Shown one piece after another: positions 38,571 to 48,647 of a stretch of DNA of 64,000 bases. The position numbers and the translations under genes are program-made. The DNA is from a virus (taxonomy: Duplodnaviria > Heunggongvirae > Uroviricota > Caudoviricetes): the IMG/VR virus record IMGVR_UViG_3300022932_000016, positions 19,906-83,905 of that record; one strand, 5' to 3'. The notes beneath the pieces were generated by a model, which worked only from the letters and a program-made list of their open reading frames with translations, did not search any database and was not told the origin of the DNA. Numbering within the stretch: the stretch's first letter is position 1; every line of letters starts with the position of its first letter.

Positions 38571-38675
38571 GTTGTCGTCTCTTTCTATTTGTTTGTCTAT
38601 CTCTAGTATATATAAAGGTGAAAAACAGGGGTTACGGAAAGGCGGCACGGTAGTGGTAAACTTGGTGGTAAAAAT

Positions 38676-39044
38676 GTGTTGACAGCTCGTTTTATGGGTG
38701 GTACGATAGGTGTGTACATTAAAATATCGGTAGTTCACAGGAGGTGTGTTATCACAAGTTTCCAATCACAGATTACACAGAACAACAGAAAGGGTGCTAG
38801 AAACGCTTGGGTGCAAGCTAAAGACAATACATATTGTCTAGAGAAAGGTTGTGACTTTAAGTCAGAAGCGAACCTAATGATACACGTATCGCGTGTTCAC
38901 GGTTTGAACCGAACTCAATATCTTGCTAACCACAAGCTACCGTTCAGCACTAGACTGTACACACAAAAACACGCAGAGAAAATGCAGAGGGCTGCAGAAC
39001 TGCGAGTAATCAATAAACAACTCAAGAGAGAGCGAGGTGAATAA
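38676..39044 (+). CDS. C2H2-like zinc-finger protein
   Basis: C-x4-C-x11-H-x4-H (CLEKGCDFKSEANLMIHVSRVH). Start uncertain; an AGGAGG lies at 38730-38735 but has no canonical in-frame start after it. Confidence 0.4.
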   Translation: MLTARFMGGTIGVYIKISVVHRRCVITSFQSQITQNNRKGARNAWVQAKDNTYCLEKGCDFKSEANLMIHVSRVHGLNRTQYLANHKLPFSTRLYTQKHAEKMQRAAELRVINKQLKRERGE

Positions 39045-39047
39045 ATA

Positions 39048-39458
39048 ATGGCACTAACTGAGTTTACAGTAGGAATGCGAGACCCTAAATCGCACGACGA
39101 GGGGATCATTAGTCTCACCGTTGACGGTATCTACTTTGGTCAAGATAAACCAGACTTCGAGTTCGCAAAGATTCTTTTCGACCAAGACGCAGGTATTATC
39201 AAGTTAGAACCAGTCGCTACGAAAGAACACCTAGGAGTAGCTTACTTAAAGTCAATGACTCGAAACGGTCGGACTAACTACACACTACGTTCAATTCGTT
39301 TTGCGAAGAGCGGTATTGCACCACGAGGCAAGTACGTTCAAGTAGCAGGTGAAGAGAATACATATAGGTTCTTCAAACCAGCAGCTCGTTCAGCAGACGT
39401 ACGACTTGGTACTAAAAAGCCAGGCTACGTTCGACCACGAACACGCACAATCGAGTAG
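39048..39458 (+). CDS. hypothetical protein
   Basis: 136-aa ORF. Confidence 0.5.
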   Translation: MALTEFTVGMRDPKSHDEGIISLTVDGIYFGQDKPDFEFAKILFDQDAGIIKLEPVATKEHLGVAYLKSMTRNGRTNYTLRSIRFAKSGIAPRGKYVQVAGEENTYRFFKPAARSADVRLGTKKPGYVRPRTRTIE

Positions 39459-39559
39459 TCGATTTCTGCCCTGCACGGTATGGCAGAAAACTACGGGTGT
39501 ATAAGCAACAGACCGCGAGGTCACCAAAATAATTAAGTCGCACACAAGGAGAACATAAC

Positions 39560-40294
39560 ATGGCACGAAGCACAAACCAAGTACAGTCTACAACTGACTA
39601 TGGGCAATTTAAAGTATTAGACGGTAACCGAAACGTAGACCAACGACACGTTAAGCGTCTTATCGCTCAAATCGAACGACCAGACTCAAAAGGTAAACCA
39701 ACTAACATTACAGAAATCTCACCGATTATTGTAAACGACCGCATGGAAGTTATTGATGGTCAACACCGTCTACAAGCTGCCGAAAAAGCAGGTATCGCAG
39801 TTGGTTACATCATGCGCCCAGGTCTTAAAGTTGGCGACGCTCTACAGATGAACATTACATCTAAGACTTGGAACCTAATGGACTACCTACACCTCTACGT
39901 CTCACAAGGTTCACAGACATACAAGAACTTTGCAGAGATTCTAGAAAACTTTACATGGTTAACACCAACCATTCTTTTGTCTATCATCGTGGGCGGTGAG
40001 TCATCAGGTAAGAACAAGCGATTTAAGCTCGGGCAATTAGCAGACTTCGACCACGAAGTTATCTCTGCTCGTGTACAACAAATCGAAGACGTTGCACGTA
40101 TCAACCCTATCTTTATTCAAGGTAAGATGATTCGGGCATACTTGTCAGCTCTTGGTACACCAGGATTCTCACACGACCGTTTCTACAATAACTTCAAGCA
40201 CACTGGTGGTGTATTTCGTGCTCAACTACAATGGTTTGACAACGTGTCAATCATTATGAACATTCACGACAAAGCTATTGCAGAAGTAAAATAG
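39560..40294 (+). CDS. ParB-like nuclease domain / DGQHR-motif protein
   Basis: VIDGQHRLQAAEKAGI motif characteristic of the ParB N-terminal / DGQHR domain. Confidence 0.65.
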   Translation: MARSTNQVQSTTDYGQFKVLDGNRNVDQRHVKRLIAQIERPDSKGKPTNITEISPIIVNDRMEVIDGQHRLQAAEKAGIAVGYIMRPGLKVGDALQMNITSKTWNLMDYLHLYVSQGSQTYKNFAEILENFTWLTPTILLSIIVGGESSGKNKRFKLGQLADFDHEVISARVQQIEDVARINPIFIQGKMIRAYLSALGTPGFSHDRFYNNFKHTGGVFRAQLQWFDNVSIIMNIHDKAIAEVK

Positions 40295-40343
40295 TCGAGT
40301 TACAATAGCGTTACGCATAGGTAAAAACCTTAGCGACGTATCG

Positions 40344-40378
40344 AAAGAGAGACTAACCTACGGGCTGGTCTCTTTTTC
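40344..40378 (+). terminator. putative terminator
   Basis: AAAGAGAGAC...GGTCTCTTTTT hairpin plus T-run. Overlaps the 3' end of the convergent gene. Confidence 0.4.
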
Positions 40379-40894
40379 GTTGTTGTATTGAAAGTTGGTG
40401 CGCGCGAAGTCACCGAATAGTTGCATAGCCCACTGGTCATAGATGTACGCGGCTTGTATAGGGTCGTCATCTGCCCAAACCCGCTTGATCTTCATACCAG
40501 GGATTTGAATAAATACAGCCCACTTGTTAAGGCGTGAGTCCCAAGAGACTCCTTTATAGCCAGAAGTATTTTGCTTACCGATGGCTACGTTCTGCGCATT
40601 CTGCTGCCGAGTGACTTTTCTCAGATTGCTCTTGCGGTTATCGAAACGGTTGCCGCTTTTGTGGTCGATCATCTGACTATTCATAATGAAGTTGTGCAGA
40701 CCGATTTGCTTCTCACCAACCACCGTGATTGCATACCCGCTTCTACCGACCAACCAGCGACGCTTCAAGACACGCTCAGCGTCATCTTCGTCAACGATTG
40801 TCTTAGCGCGTACCTTACCGTCTTTATCTAACAAAAACAGGGTGCAAACCCCGTCTTTGATGATATGTGGGTTACCTGTTAACTTTTTACCCAT
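40358..40894 (-). CDS. HNH homing endonuclease with AP2 DNA-binding domain
   Basis: HNH_3-like motif (HNFIMNSQMIDHKSGNRFDNRKSNLRKVTRQQNAQN). AP2-like motif (SGYKGVSWDSRLNKWAVFIQ...RVWADD...AAYIYDQWAMQLFGDFARTNF). Confidence 0.8.
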   Translation of the reverse strand: MGKKLTGNPHIIKDGVCTLFLLDKDGKVRAKTIVDEDDAERVLKRRWLVGRSGYAITVVGEKQIGLHNFIMNSQMIDHKSGNRFDNRKSNLRKVTRQQNAQNVAIGKQNTSGYKGVSWDSRLNKWAVFIQIPGMKIKRVWADDDPIQAAYIYDQWAMQLFGDFARTNFQYNNEKETSP

Positions 40895-40933
40895 AATCGT
40901 TCCTGCCCGCTGGAGACGGGTGGCAGAGGCTGT

Positions 40934-41368
40934 TTAGCTCTCTACTTCCTCGTCTTCATCTTGTTGTTTGTATTTCGCGTTGAACTCGAGTGTTTGACGT
41001 TCGCGAAGTCCTTCGTAACCAAGCTCTTCAAGGTCAGCAAGTGATTGCTTTGCACCCGCGAGTTGCTTTTCGAAGATGTCGATACGTGACTGGATGAACT
41101 TCTTCTCGAGTAGGTCACGGTCAATCTTGTTTTCTAGCTCTTTAGCGACCGTTTCTAGGTCTTCTAGTGAGGTCAATACAGAGGTAATTGGCGCGAATGT
41201 ACCGTCGAGGTTCTGAATGTTCAAAGAGTACTTGACTACACCTGGATCAAGTGAAGATACGCTCAGTTGAACGTGATAATCGGTTTCATTGTTGCGAATG
41301 CTCTTGCGGATTACGCGCTGCACCTTTTTTTCAATCGCAAGCAATCGTGATTCTGTTGTCTTTGCCAT
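40934..41368 (-). CDS. hypothetical coiled-coil protein
   Basis: GGGAGA RBS. 144-aa ORF. Confidence 0.5.
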   Translation of the reverse strand: MAKTTESRLLAIEKKVQRVIRKSIRNNETDYHVQLSVSSLDPGVVKYSLNIQNLDGTFAPITSVLTSLEDLETVAKELENKIDRDLLEKKFIQSRIDIFEKQLAGAKQSLADLEELGYEGLRERQTLEFNAKYKQQDEDEEVES

Positions 41369-41518
41369 TTATTTTCTCCCTAATTTTCGTTTACGTCGTA
41401 GCTCAGCTTTCGGCTGCATAGCCCAACGCGCTTTCGTGTACTTTGGATCTGACGGCTTAGTCGCTCGTCGTTGTTCACGGTTTTGTGGGCTGCTGATGTG
41501 TATTTTATCTTCTACCAT
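41369..41518 (-). CDS. small basic protein (49 aa)
   Basis: Read from sequence: MVEDKIHISSPQNREQRRATKPSDPKYTKARWAMQPKAELRRKRKLGRK. Its stop abuts the downstream ATG. Confidence 0.25.
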   Translation of the reverse strand: MVEDKIHISSPQNREQRRATKPSDPKYTKARWAMQPKAELRRKRKLGRK

Positions 41519-41858
41519 ATTACTATTATACAGGACAATGAAAAAAGTAGCATTGGCAAAGGACGCCCTGTATGATATGAATTGGGACGAGAACCAGGAA
41601 GAGGTGCAAACCCTCGACGCTATATTCTTATCGACTTCTGATTTGCAGTTTACTGCTTGGACAGAATGATATAGCAGGTTATCGCTGTAACCCTTTGACG
41701 TGACAGGTCATTGTACTACTTATAGGGGGTGGTTACACTGATGAAACTCCGACGGCATGGCTCCGAGAAAGATTCAGCTTACCTATCCTTCAAGACGTTT
41801 AAGTTCTTGGGGGGTAGGGGGGGCTGTTTCACCACGCTCTAACAATCACCAAAAAAGA

Positions 41859-42374
41859 TTAGGGTTTGCTAACGTGGTAGTAAGCACAGACTTCACCAAC
41901 AATAGAAGTGAAATCGTTATCAGCCAAGAAATCGTCCATCTCTTCTACGTCCCAATGGTCAACGTGTGTCTCAAAATCATTACCTTCGGCTCCTGCGTGC
42001 TGGTCGTGATGAACTACAGGGAAGCAAAGCAGCAAAGTTTTTGAATGCTCAATCAATTTTTTAATGAGGGTTTTCGCGTCTTCTTTTTCCATGTGCTCAA
42101 TCATATCTGCCGCAATGATAAGATCGTAGTCTTTATACTCGTGAGTACGCGCGTCTTCGACAATTACTTCATCGTATTTATTTTCAAGGTTGAACATCTC
42201 AACGTACGGCTCGAAAACCTCGAGCGCGGTCCAGTGCTGGGAGGGCATACGACCCATTAGCGAATATGTACCAACACCCGCACCAATGTCGAGCACGGTT
42301 TTGAAATCATCTTCATGGTCTAGAAGCCACTGTCTAATAATATGTTTGTTCTCGAAATCTGAAACGCCTGCCAT
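41859..42374 (-). CDS. class I SAM-dependent methyltransferase
   Basis: Motif I (VLDIGAGVGTYS) and motif post-II (DLIIAADMIEHM). Confidence 0.75.
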   Translation of the reverse strand: MAGVSDFENKHIIRQWLLDHEDDFKTVLDIGAGVGTYSLMGRMPSQHWTALEVFEPYVEMFNLENKYDEVIVEDARTHEYKDYDLIIAADMIEHMEKEDAKTLIKKLIEHSKTLLLCFPVVHHDQHAGAEGNDFETHVDHWDVEEMDDFLADNDFTSIVGEVCAYYHVSKP

Positions 42375-42386
42375 TATGACTCTTTT

Positions 42387-43781
42387 CTATTTATGTTTGA
42401 ATCGTTCGGTGCCATCTGACTTGAACGACTTGAATTGATTTGTGACACCCGCAGTGATAACCCTACCAGCGTAGAAGGTTCGCAGCAAAAAGCCATAAAT
42501 TGGCATTTCGACTGTGATTTTCTTACCGCTATCGAAGTATCGGGTGTAAATACCCCTACAAATGTCGATAATGTCTTCACGAGAGCCACCGACTACACCG
42601 CAGTTGAGTATGTGTTGGCGGTTTCGCGCGGTGAAAGTGCGATATGGTTCGACGGTTGAGTGCTGTCGCAACCATCTACTTTGTGAAGGCACACCCTGCT
42701 CGATACCAGAATAAATCTTTCCAGGTTGCATATCTCTGAACGGGTTATTGACCACCTCGACATCGGTTGAATCTACGCAGAAAACATTATCAATTTCGGG
42801 GTGCTGTTTCAGGTAGCGGTAAATGCTAAGCCACCGCTGAAAGTACGGGTTTAATACGCTTTCAACTTTTATGTGGGTGACCTGCTCGGTATCGGGTTCG
42901 TCGAAGCAATCGTGCAGAAGCACTAGCTTTTCGCCCTGCAATGAATCAATGAGCGGCTTCATCGCGCTATAGTCTGCTGACCAGTTCACCTTGCGTTGAG
43001 GGTCTTCGTGCGAAGTAAAGTAAGAAGCGATAATTACGTTATTCATTCCTGCACTATCAGACTTCTTAACCTCTCGGTAATCAATGTACTCGCTGGATTT
43101 TAGCGATTCGCGGTATAATTTCGCGTTGTTCGCGAGACCAGTTCGACGTGCGTGCTGTTCGATTGAACTTGAAACCTCTTGGTATTCGTCCATGCTGTAA
43201 ATAAGGTTCGAACTATCGGGCACGTCCATTGCTCTGAACGTAGTAAGGCCAGCGTTGAAGATGCGATTAGTCCATGCGGTGTGTTCAAACATAGAGATAC
43301 CGAATCGCGGGTCTAAGCCACCCACCTTTTCAAGCACTACCTTGTTAGCATAAATCATGCAACCGCGAGTATGCGAGTAAGCCACGATTGTGCTGTCGCG
43401 ATATATCTCAAGCATATCGGTTAGTTGTTTTGCTGGGTTATTTGCGAACTCCCGAAACTGGTACATAAGGTGGGGCTCTTCGCTATCGACGTACGGTTTC
43501 CACCAGTCTTTCACCTTTGGGTATGTGTCGTCATCGAACAGGAAGAAGTCAGTCGCACCGCGTTCTTCGAGCAATTCGAGACATTTGTTTTTGACCCTTG
43601 CGACACCACCCCGTTCAGGGAAAACGTAATCAGCTTCTTTGGGCGCATTTTCATCGTGGTCTGATACAACGACAAGCACGGCACCTTTTGGCAGATACTT
43701 TTTAATTTCTTTGTATGTTTTCTTGAAAACATCTGGTCTTTTGTAGGTTGATATTGCAACCCCGACTACAGGTTCATTCAT
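42387..43781 (-). CDS. glycosyltransferase (GT-A/GT2-like N-terminal domain plus additional C-terminal domain)
   Basis: VVGVAISTYKRPD...FLFDDDTYP (DxD). Confidence 0.65.
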   Translation of the reverse strand: MNEPVVGVAISTYKRPDVFKKTYKEIKKYLPKGAVLVVVSDHDENAPKEADYVFPERGGVARVKNKCLELLEERGATDFFLFDDDTYPKVKDWWKPYVDSEEPHLMYQFREFANNPAKQLTDMLEIYRDSTIVAYSHTRGCMIYANKVVLEKVGGLDPRFGISMFEHTAWTNRIFNAGLTTFRAMDVPDSSNLIYSMDEYQEVSSSIEQHARRTGLANNAKLYRESLKSSEYIDYREVKKSDSAGMNNVIIASYFTSHEDPQRKVNWSADYSAMKPLIDSLQGEKLVLLHDCFDEPDTEQVTHIKVESVLNPYFQRWLSIYRYLKQHPEIDNVFCVDSTDVEVVNNPFRDMQPGKIYSGIEQGVPSQSRWLRQHSTVEPYRTFTARNRQHILNCGVVGGSREDIIDICRGIYTRYFDSGKKITVEMPIYGFLLRTFYAGRVITAGVTNQFKSFKSDGTERFKHK

Positions 43782-44437
43782 AGTAATTGATCCAAGAACT
43801 TCTTATATTTTTCGAACTTTACGTTACTTGTTGATAGGTAATCAGTAACGTCTTCGATTTTAATGTTTTTAACATCATCATACGGCACTGAGCTTTGCCC
43901 GTCAAGCGGGTTATAGAAGTTGAAGTACAGGCTTTTAATTTGCAGATCAAAATCCGTGTCTACGATGTTGTTGGTGACGTAGAGTGCTTTTTGCTTCTCG
44001 ATAACAACAGGGATATGGAGCTCGTAGTTTGTGTCATTCATATCGTTCTCCGTGAGATACCTACCCGTTTTCATTAACGAGGTTTTGTACGGGTCGTTCG
44101 CTCTGCTTTTTATTTTGTCAGCTAACGTCGGGTACTTTCGGTCGTGAACTACCTGCGGGTTGAACGGTGCGGTCAGATAGACATCGTCCATCATAAGAAT
44201 GAACTGGTCGCTCAACTCTGGCATTCGAACTGCGAGTGCAAACTTGAGCATTTGGTCAGCGAACTTACCCGCTTGAGAGCGGTGATGAACGTGGATAATT
44301 TCACCAGCGAGCCGTGCTGGGGGTTTATCCCCGATGATGTATACGGTGCCTAAGCTGGGGTAGAACTTCTTTAACAAGCGAACCGAATAAACCAATTCAT
44401 CGCTGTTCGTATGCTTGTAGAGATAGACCGCGTCCAT
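43778..44437 (-). CDS. Stealth CR2-like sugar-phosphate transferase domain protein
   Basis: NSDELVYSVRLLKKFYPSLGTVYIIGDKPP resembles the Stealth conserved region 2 signature. LMMDDVY acidic motif. Confidence 0.45.
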   Translation of the reverse strand: MDAVYLYKHTNSDELVYSVRLLKKFYPSLGTVYIIGDKPPARLAGEIIHVHHRSQAGKFADQMLKFALAVRMPELSDQFILMMDDVYLTAPFNPQVVHDRKYPTLADKIKSRANDPYKTSLMKTGRYLTENDMNDTNYELHIPVVIEKQKALYVTNNIVDTDFDLQIKSLYFNFYNPLDGQSSVPYDDVKNIKIEDVTDYLSTSNVKFEKYKKFLDQLL

Positions 44438-44438
44438 G

Positions 44439-44696
44439 TTATTTCTTCTTAGCGGGCTCGACTACATCTTCTTTAGTGATGATGTACTTGTACTTAACGA
44501 AGTATTTGATACCGTCACCATCGAGAACAGTGTAGCCACGCAACGTGTGGTGAGTGATTTGCACCTTGTAAATGTATGGTGGTATGCGGTCACCAGCTAA
44601 GAAAAGAGCGAGACCAGTCTTTTGTTGCATGACTGATGAGCGAACGAGAATCGTATCATTTTCTTTATAGAAGTATTTTTCAAATGGATTTTTCAT
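44439..44696 (-). CDS. hypothetical protein
   Basis: ORF, coupled. Confidence 0.4.
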   Translation of the reverse strand: MKNPFEKYFYKENDTILVRSSVMQQKTGLALFLAGDRIPPYIYKVQITHHTLRGYTVLDGDGIKYFVKYKYIITKEDVVEPAKKK

Positions 44697-45061
44697 AGCA
44701 AGTTTTTTAGCTCCTCTGCAATGTGGTTACGTCGAGATTGCGACACGTTGATGAGTCGCCACGATGAGTCGATTAGTTTATTAAGACGTGCGATTGTAGC
44801 TCGGTTCGCTGCGCTTTCAAGTCGCACTTTCTGGTTGACCTTTGTGTCTGACCAGTTGTTTTTTGAAAGCTCTCTTACCTTCTCGGCTTCGAACAGAATC
44901 ATTTCTGACTCGATGTCAGCGACAATCTCTTCTGCGGCTGAAACGTACTGTGCAAGTTTGTACATATTTTCGCTTAGTACTACAGGGGCAATGAGCGCAT
45001 CAGGAGATCGCAATTCCTCGCGAGTTTCTTTGATACCTTTGATTACTTCCTCTAGTGTCAT
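44693..45061 (-). CDS. hypothetical protein
   Basis: ORF. Confidence 0.45.
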   Translation of the reverse strand: MTLEEVIKGIKETREELRSPDALIAPVVLSENMYKLAQYVSAAEEIVADIESEMILFEAEKVRELSKNNWSDTKVNQKVRLESAANRATIARLNKLIDSSWRLINVSQSRRNHIAEELKNLL

Positions 45062-45107
45062 CTGCTGTTAATTATACAGGAATACCGATTGTTTTACCAT
45101 AGAGCCA

Positions 45108-45542
45108 ATGATAAACTGTAGAAAAGCAAAGGTTAAAAACGTGGCAAAAGTACTATCAACTTCTAAGTGGAAAACCACTAGGCAAAAATGGGTAAAGAAA
45201 AACCCAGTGACCGAGTTCAGTGAAGAGGGCGACACAGGTTGGGTGTGTGGTTTTTGCGGTGAACCAGTCTGGAAGTACGAGTTATCGCTTGACCATATTC
45301 TAAGGGTGCAAGACTACCCAAAGTTGAAGTACGACCACCACAATCTACGGCCAATGCACCAGCGTTGCAACTCGAACCTCGACGCGATCTGGCGAACCGA
45401 AAAAGGTCGCACCACTTTCGTTAAGCGCAAGAGAGAAGAACGCTCTTACAAGATACGCTGTATCAATGAAACGATTGAGTGGTACGAACTTGCTATCAGT
45501 ACTGGTGCCATTCCATACACTGCCAGCAAAAATCTTCTGTGA
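45108..45542 (+). CDS. HNH endonuclease
   Basis: CGFCGEP...LSLDHILRV...HHNLRPMHQRCN. Confidence 0.65.
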   Translation: MINCRKAKVKNVAKVLSTSKWKTTRQKWVKKNPVTEFSEEGDTGWVCGFCGEPVWKYELSLDHILRVQDYPKLKYDHHNLRPMHQRCNSNLDAIWRTEKGRTTFVKRKREERSYKIRCINETIEWYELAISTGAIPYTASKNLL

Positions 45543-45894
45543 AGCGTCGCGGGTCGATTGGTATTGCTTTACCGTTTACTTTAACTTGTATAGGGAATGA
45601 TCGAATGCCACTAGACCCCTCGACTTGAATCTTGAGGGGTAGTGACTTTACTCGTTTTTTGTACACGGTTTTACCGCAGGTATTGCACTTGCAGGTGTAC
45701 CATGTGAACGCTTCGTATTTTGAGCGGTGAAGCGTTTGTACAAAGTCGTGGGGTTTGCCCACTTTACCTTTGCACCATTTGTTTGTGTCTTTTTTGCTCT
45801 TGTGAACACTACGTTCAACCACAGCGGGTTGTTGGTATTTGATCCAGAGACCACTTGAGTGATAACCCCCGTGGTCGCGTTTAAGTTGTCCCAT
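45496..45894 (-). CDS. Cys-rich hypothetical protein
   Basis: Multiple CxxC pairs (CKCNTCGK, CWQC). Confidence 0.4.
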   Translation of the reverse strand: MGQLKRDHGGYHSSGLWIKYQQPAVVERSVHKSKKDTNKWCKGKVGKPHDFVQTLHRSKYEAFTWYTCKCNTCGKTVYKKRVKSLPLKIQVEGSSGIRSFPIQVKVNGKAIPIDPRRFTEDFCWQCMEWHQY

Positions 45895-46043
45895 GGGACC
45901 TCCTATGCTTATTGGTACTTGATTGTACCTAAGTCATAGCAGCCAGTACCGTCTTGCGGTCTTCAAGTTTCTTGCTGTTACCAATGCGCTTCCATGGTTT
46001 ACAAAGCCCACATGATCGTTTGGACTTGTAATTTGGTTTTCGT

Positions 46044-46352
46044 TTATGATTCGCCATTTAGTATATCTGCAATTTCTTGATAATCTTTATCTGTTAATTG
46101 TACCTCTGAGGTGTGTTTACCGCAAGCACAAGTAAACGTGACGTTTGGGTCACGCGGTTTCAGTTTGTCCGCTTCGAAGCGTGCTTTGATTTCTTCTGCT
46201 GTAACCATAATAATTTCTGGGGTCAGACAATACATCATTGACCCAAAGACTCGTCCTGCCCGCTGACCCCATTCGTTCGTATAGATACGCGTCGATTTTG
46301 TTTGGCAGTCTATCTCTGGTGTACTTCTATTATAACTGTTATAGCACGGCAC
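46044..46352 (-). CDS. hypothetical protein
   Basis: ORF. Confidence 0.4.
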   Translation of the reverse strand: MPCYNSYNRSTPEIDCQTKSTRIYTNEWGQRAGRVFGSMMYCLTPEIIMVTAEEIKARFEADKLKPRDPNVTFTCACGKHTSEVQLTDKDYQEIADILNGES

Positions 46353-46367
46353 GACAATTATTTTATT

Positions 46368-46820
46368 TTAAGATTCTGTTGGTTCTGTGATGCCATCAGG
46401 CCCACTGTTGATTGAGTAACCGCTTTCACCAACGATTTGCCCTGATCGCAGGGTCACGTTGCTGTAACGGTTGTAAATTGCTTGTTTGATGAGCGACTTA
46501 AATGCCTTGCGTTGATCTTTGTCTGTAATGGTCGCGTCTACGATAGTGAGTACTGCGCCTACGATTTGTTCAACGTCTCGGTCTGTAATGATGTTCGGTA
46601 CCATATTGATCCAACCCGTGTCAGATGAACCAGACGATTTACCGTCTTCTGAGCCAGTTGTGATGGTGCTTTTTACTTTTGCCCCGACTAGGTGAACACC
46701 TTGGTCGAAGCCCATTTCTGGTATTGGTAGGTCAATCGTGTGTTTAACGATGTCGCTACTAAGGCCCCAGCTAGTGCCGTTCTTTTCAAATACTAATTCT
46801 ACTTCTTGTGTTTTTGTCAT
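46368..46820 (-). CDS. hypothetical protein
   Basis: 150-aa ORF. Confidence 0.5.
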   Translation of the reverse strand: MTKTQEVELVFEKNGTSWGLSSDIVKHTIDLPIPEMGFDQGVHLVGAKVKSTITTGSEDGKSSGSSDTGWINMVPNIITDRDVEQIVGAVLTIVDATITDKDQRKAFKSLIKQAIYNRYSNVTLRSGQIVGESGYSINSGPDGITEPTES

Positions 46821-47249
46821 ATCTTTTCTTGTCTTTTCTTTATGAGTCGTGCCGTGTTGTAAAGGTTCTAATTGGTGGAAGCGTCGGGTATTGCACCCGA
46901 GTCCAGCGGTTTAATAGTTAAGCGTCTACAAGTTTGTTCTGTTTAAGACAGACATCTAGGTGGTGTGTTCACTTTTTATTTTGCGTGGTGGTGAGAAACC
47001 ACGACAACGACATTTATAGGGCGTATGACGTTTTATACGCTAATGAAGAACTTGTATAAAACGCACTGCTAGTAAGCAGCTGTGGCAAGAACTGGGCTGG
47101 CAACGAATTGCGCAACTGCGTTCTTAACTTTTGAAACGAATGTGTTTGCATTTAAGTGTGATTGAACTAATCATGTACTTGCAACTTAACTGTTAGGTAC
47201 TACTGTCGAAATCTATATCGCCCCCGTTACATCTATTATACACCTCTTG

Positions 47250-47278
47250 TTGACTTTGCCAAGGGCAAGCAGTATCGT
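47250..47278 (+). promoter_or_regulatory. promoter TTGACT-17-TATCGT with an inverted repeat TTGCC-N3-GGCAA in the spacer
   Basis: Seen directly. ATG at 47288 is 9 nt after the -10 element, so the mRNA may be leaderless. Shares TTGCCAAG and AGTAG-CAAT elements with the promoter at 26837. Confidence 0.45.
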
Positions 47279-47287
47279 AGTAGCAAT

Positions 47288-47773
47288 ATGATAGACATTG
47301 ATAGCATCGAAACACTTGAAGAGGCAAAGCAATTATTGCGTGATAACTGGGAACAAGGAATTAAGTGCCCTTGTTGCGGGCAGTGGGTGAAACGATACCC
47401 GTACAAGCTAAACTCGAACGCAGCTATATCTCTTATTTGGATATACCGTCTCGGTCTTGATGAAAAAGATGGCTGGGTTCACGTTCAACAGCGATTCACC
47501 GAAGTGTTCAACCGAAACGCTACAGCGATGAGCTACATCGTTTTGAAACACTGGGGCTTTATTGAACCTAAACCAAACAACCTCGACCCAGATAAAAACG
47601 CAAGCGGTTACTGGCGAATTACCACTAGGGGAATCAATTTCGTGCTTCACGGTACTAAAGAGCCAACGCACGCCCACGTATACAACAATCGTGCTGTAGG
47701 ATTTGCAGAAGAGTATGCTGATATTAAACAGGCACTCGGTGTCAAGTTTAGCTACGCAGAACTAATGCAATAA
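47288..47773 (+). CDS. hypothetical protein (CxxC zinc motif)
   Basis: 161-aa ORF. CPCCGQW. Confidence 0.5.
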   Translation: MIDIDSIETLEEAKQLLRDNWEQGIKCPCCGQWVKRYPYKLNSNAAISLIWIYRLGLDEKDGWVHVQQRFTEVFNRNATAMSYIVLKHWGFIEPKPNNLDPDKNASGYWRITTRGINFVLHGTKEPTHAHVYNNRAVGFAEEYADIKQALGVKFSYAELMQ

Positions 47774-47824
47774 TAGCTCGCGCGTGGTATAATCTCTTCA
47801 AAGTATATTAACTCGGAGATTATA

Positions 47825-48406
47825 ATGGCACCACCTAAGACACCTTGGTACGCGACAAGTAAAGCAATCAGTATTTTTATCGGTCTAGGAGTAGCGTTCG
47901 TGCTACTTTGGATCATCGTCGGTTCACTCGCAGGGTACAACAACACTTACGTTAACAAGACTGAAACTGTAGCGACCGCAAAGTCAAACATCAGCAAAGA
48001 AGAACAACGACGTGTCGACCTATTCAATAACCTTGTAGACGCTGTACAGTCAGCTAAGACGTTCGAACAAGAAACACAGACGCAAATCGCGACTGCACGT
48101 TCACAAGCTAACGGTGGTAACGTAGAACAAGCACAGCTAACACTTCAAGCGGTTACAGAAGCATACCCAGAGATCAAATCGACAGAACTATATAAGCAAA
48201 CAATGCTAGAGTTTAGCGCGACCGAAAACCGTCTCGCACAATACCGCGAACAGTACAACAGCACGGTTCAAGACTACAACCAGTACGTTCAAGGGTTCCC
48301 AAACACTCTATTCTTGAGCATTCTTGGTAAAGACCTTACTCGCAAACCACTGCTTGACTACAACGTAAACAACGCAGAAGCTCGCGACCTTTTCGACAAG
48401 GAATAA
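47825..48406 (+). CDS. LemA family membrane protein
   Basis: N-terminal TM. RRVDLFNNLVDAV motif. C-terminal YNxxVQxYNQYVQGFPNTL. Confidence 0.7.
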   Translation: MAPPKTPWYATSKAISIFIGLGVAFVLLWIIVGSLAGYNNTYVNKTETVATAKSNISKEEQRRVDLFNNLVDAVQSAKTFEQETQTQIATARSQANGGNVEQAQLTLQAVTEAYPEIKSTELYKQTMLEFSATENRLAQYREQYNSTVQDYNQYVQGFPNTLFLSILGKDLTRKPLLDYNVNNAEARDLFDKE

Positions 48407-48407
48407 T

Positions 48408-48647
48408 ATGGCAGAGTACGAAGCTAAACCTGTCTATATGCACGACTGCCCAGCCCTCGGTAAGAACACGAAGATTATCGAGTCTACTATGTTGAGCGAC
48501 GGTGACGACAAGGTGCTTCTGTACCGACAAAACAAGTGCCCATTCTGCTCTAAAACCGCAGGTGAAAAGCGGTACGGTGCTGGTGTGATACCTCTCGCTA
48601 ATGGTGGGTATTCAGTAGACATGGGACTGGCTGAGAAGTTCGAATGA
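48408..48647 (+). CDS. small zinc-ribbon protein
   Basis: C-x..-CPFC. Confidence 0.4.
   Translation: MAEYEAKPVYMHDCPALGKNTKIIESTMLSDGDDKVLLYRQNKCPFCSKTAGEKRYGAGVIPLANGGYSVDMGLAEKFE

Noticed and set aside
38676-38765. Overlap of plus ORF 38676-39044 with minus ORF 38277-38765
   Set aside because: The minus ORF most likely starts at its internal ATG (38570). The remaining region is a divergent promoter, so both long overlapping versions are not real at once. Exact starts remain uncertain.
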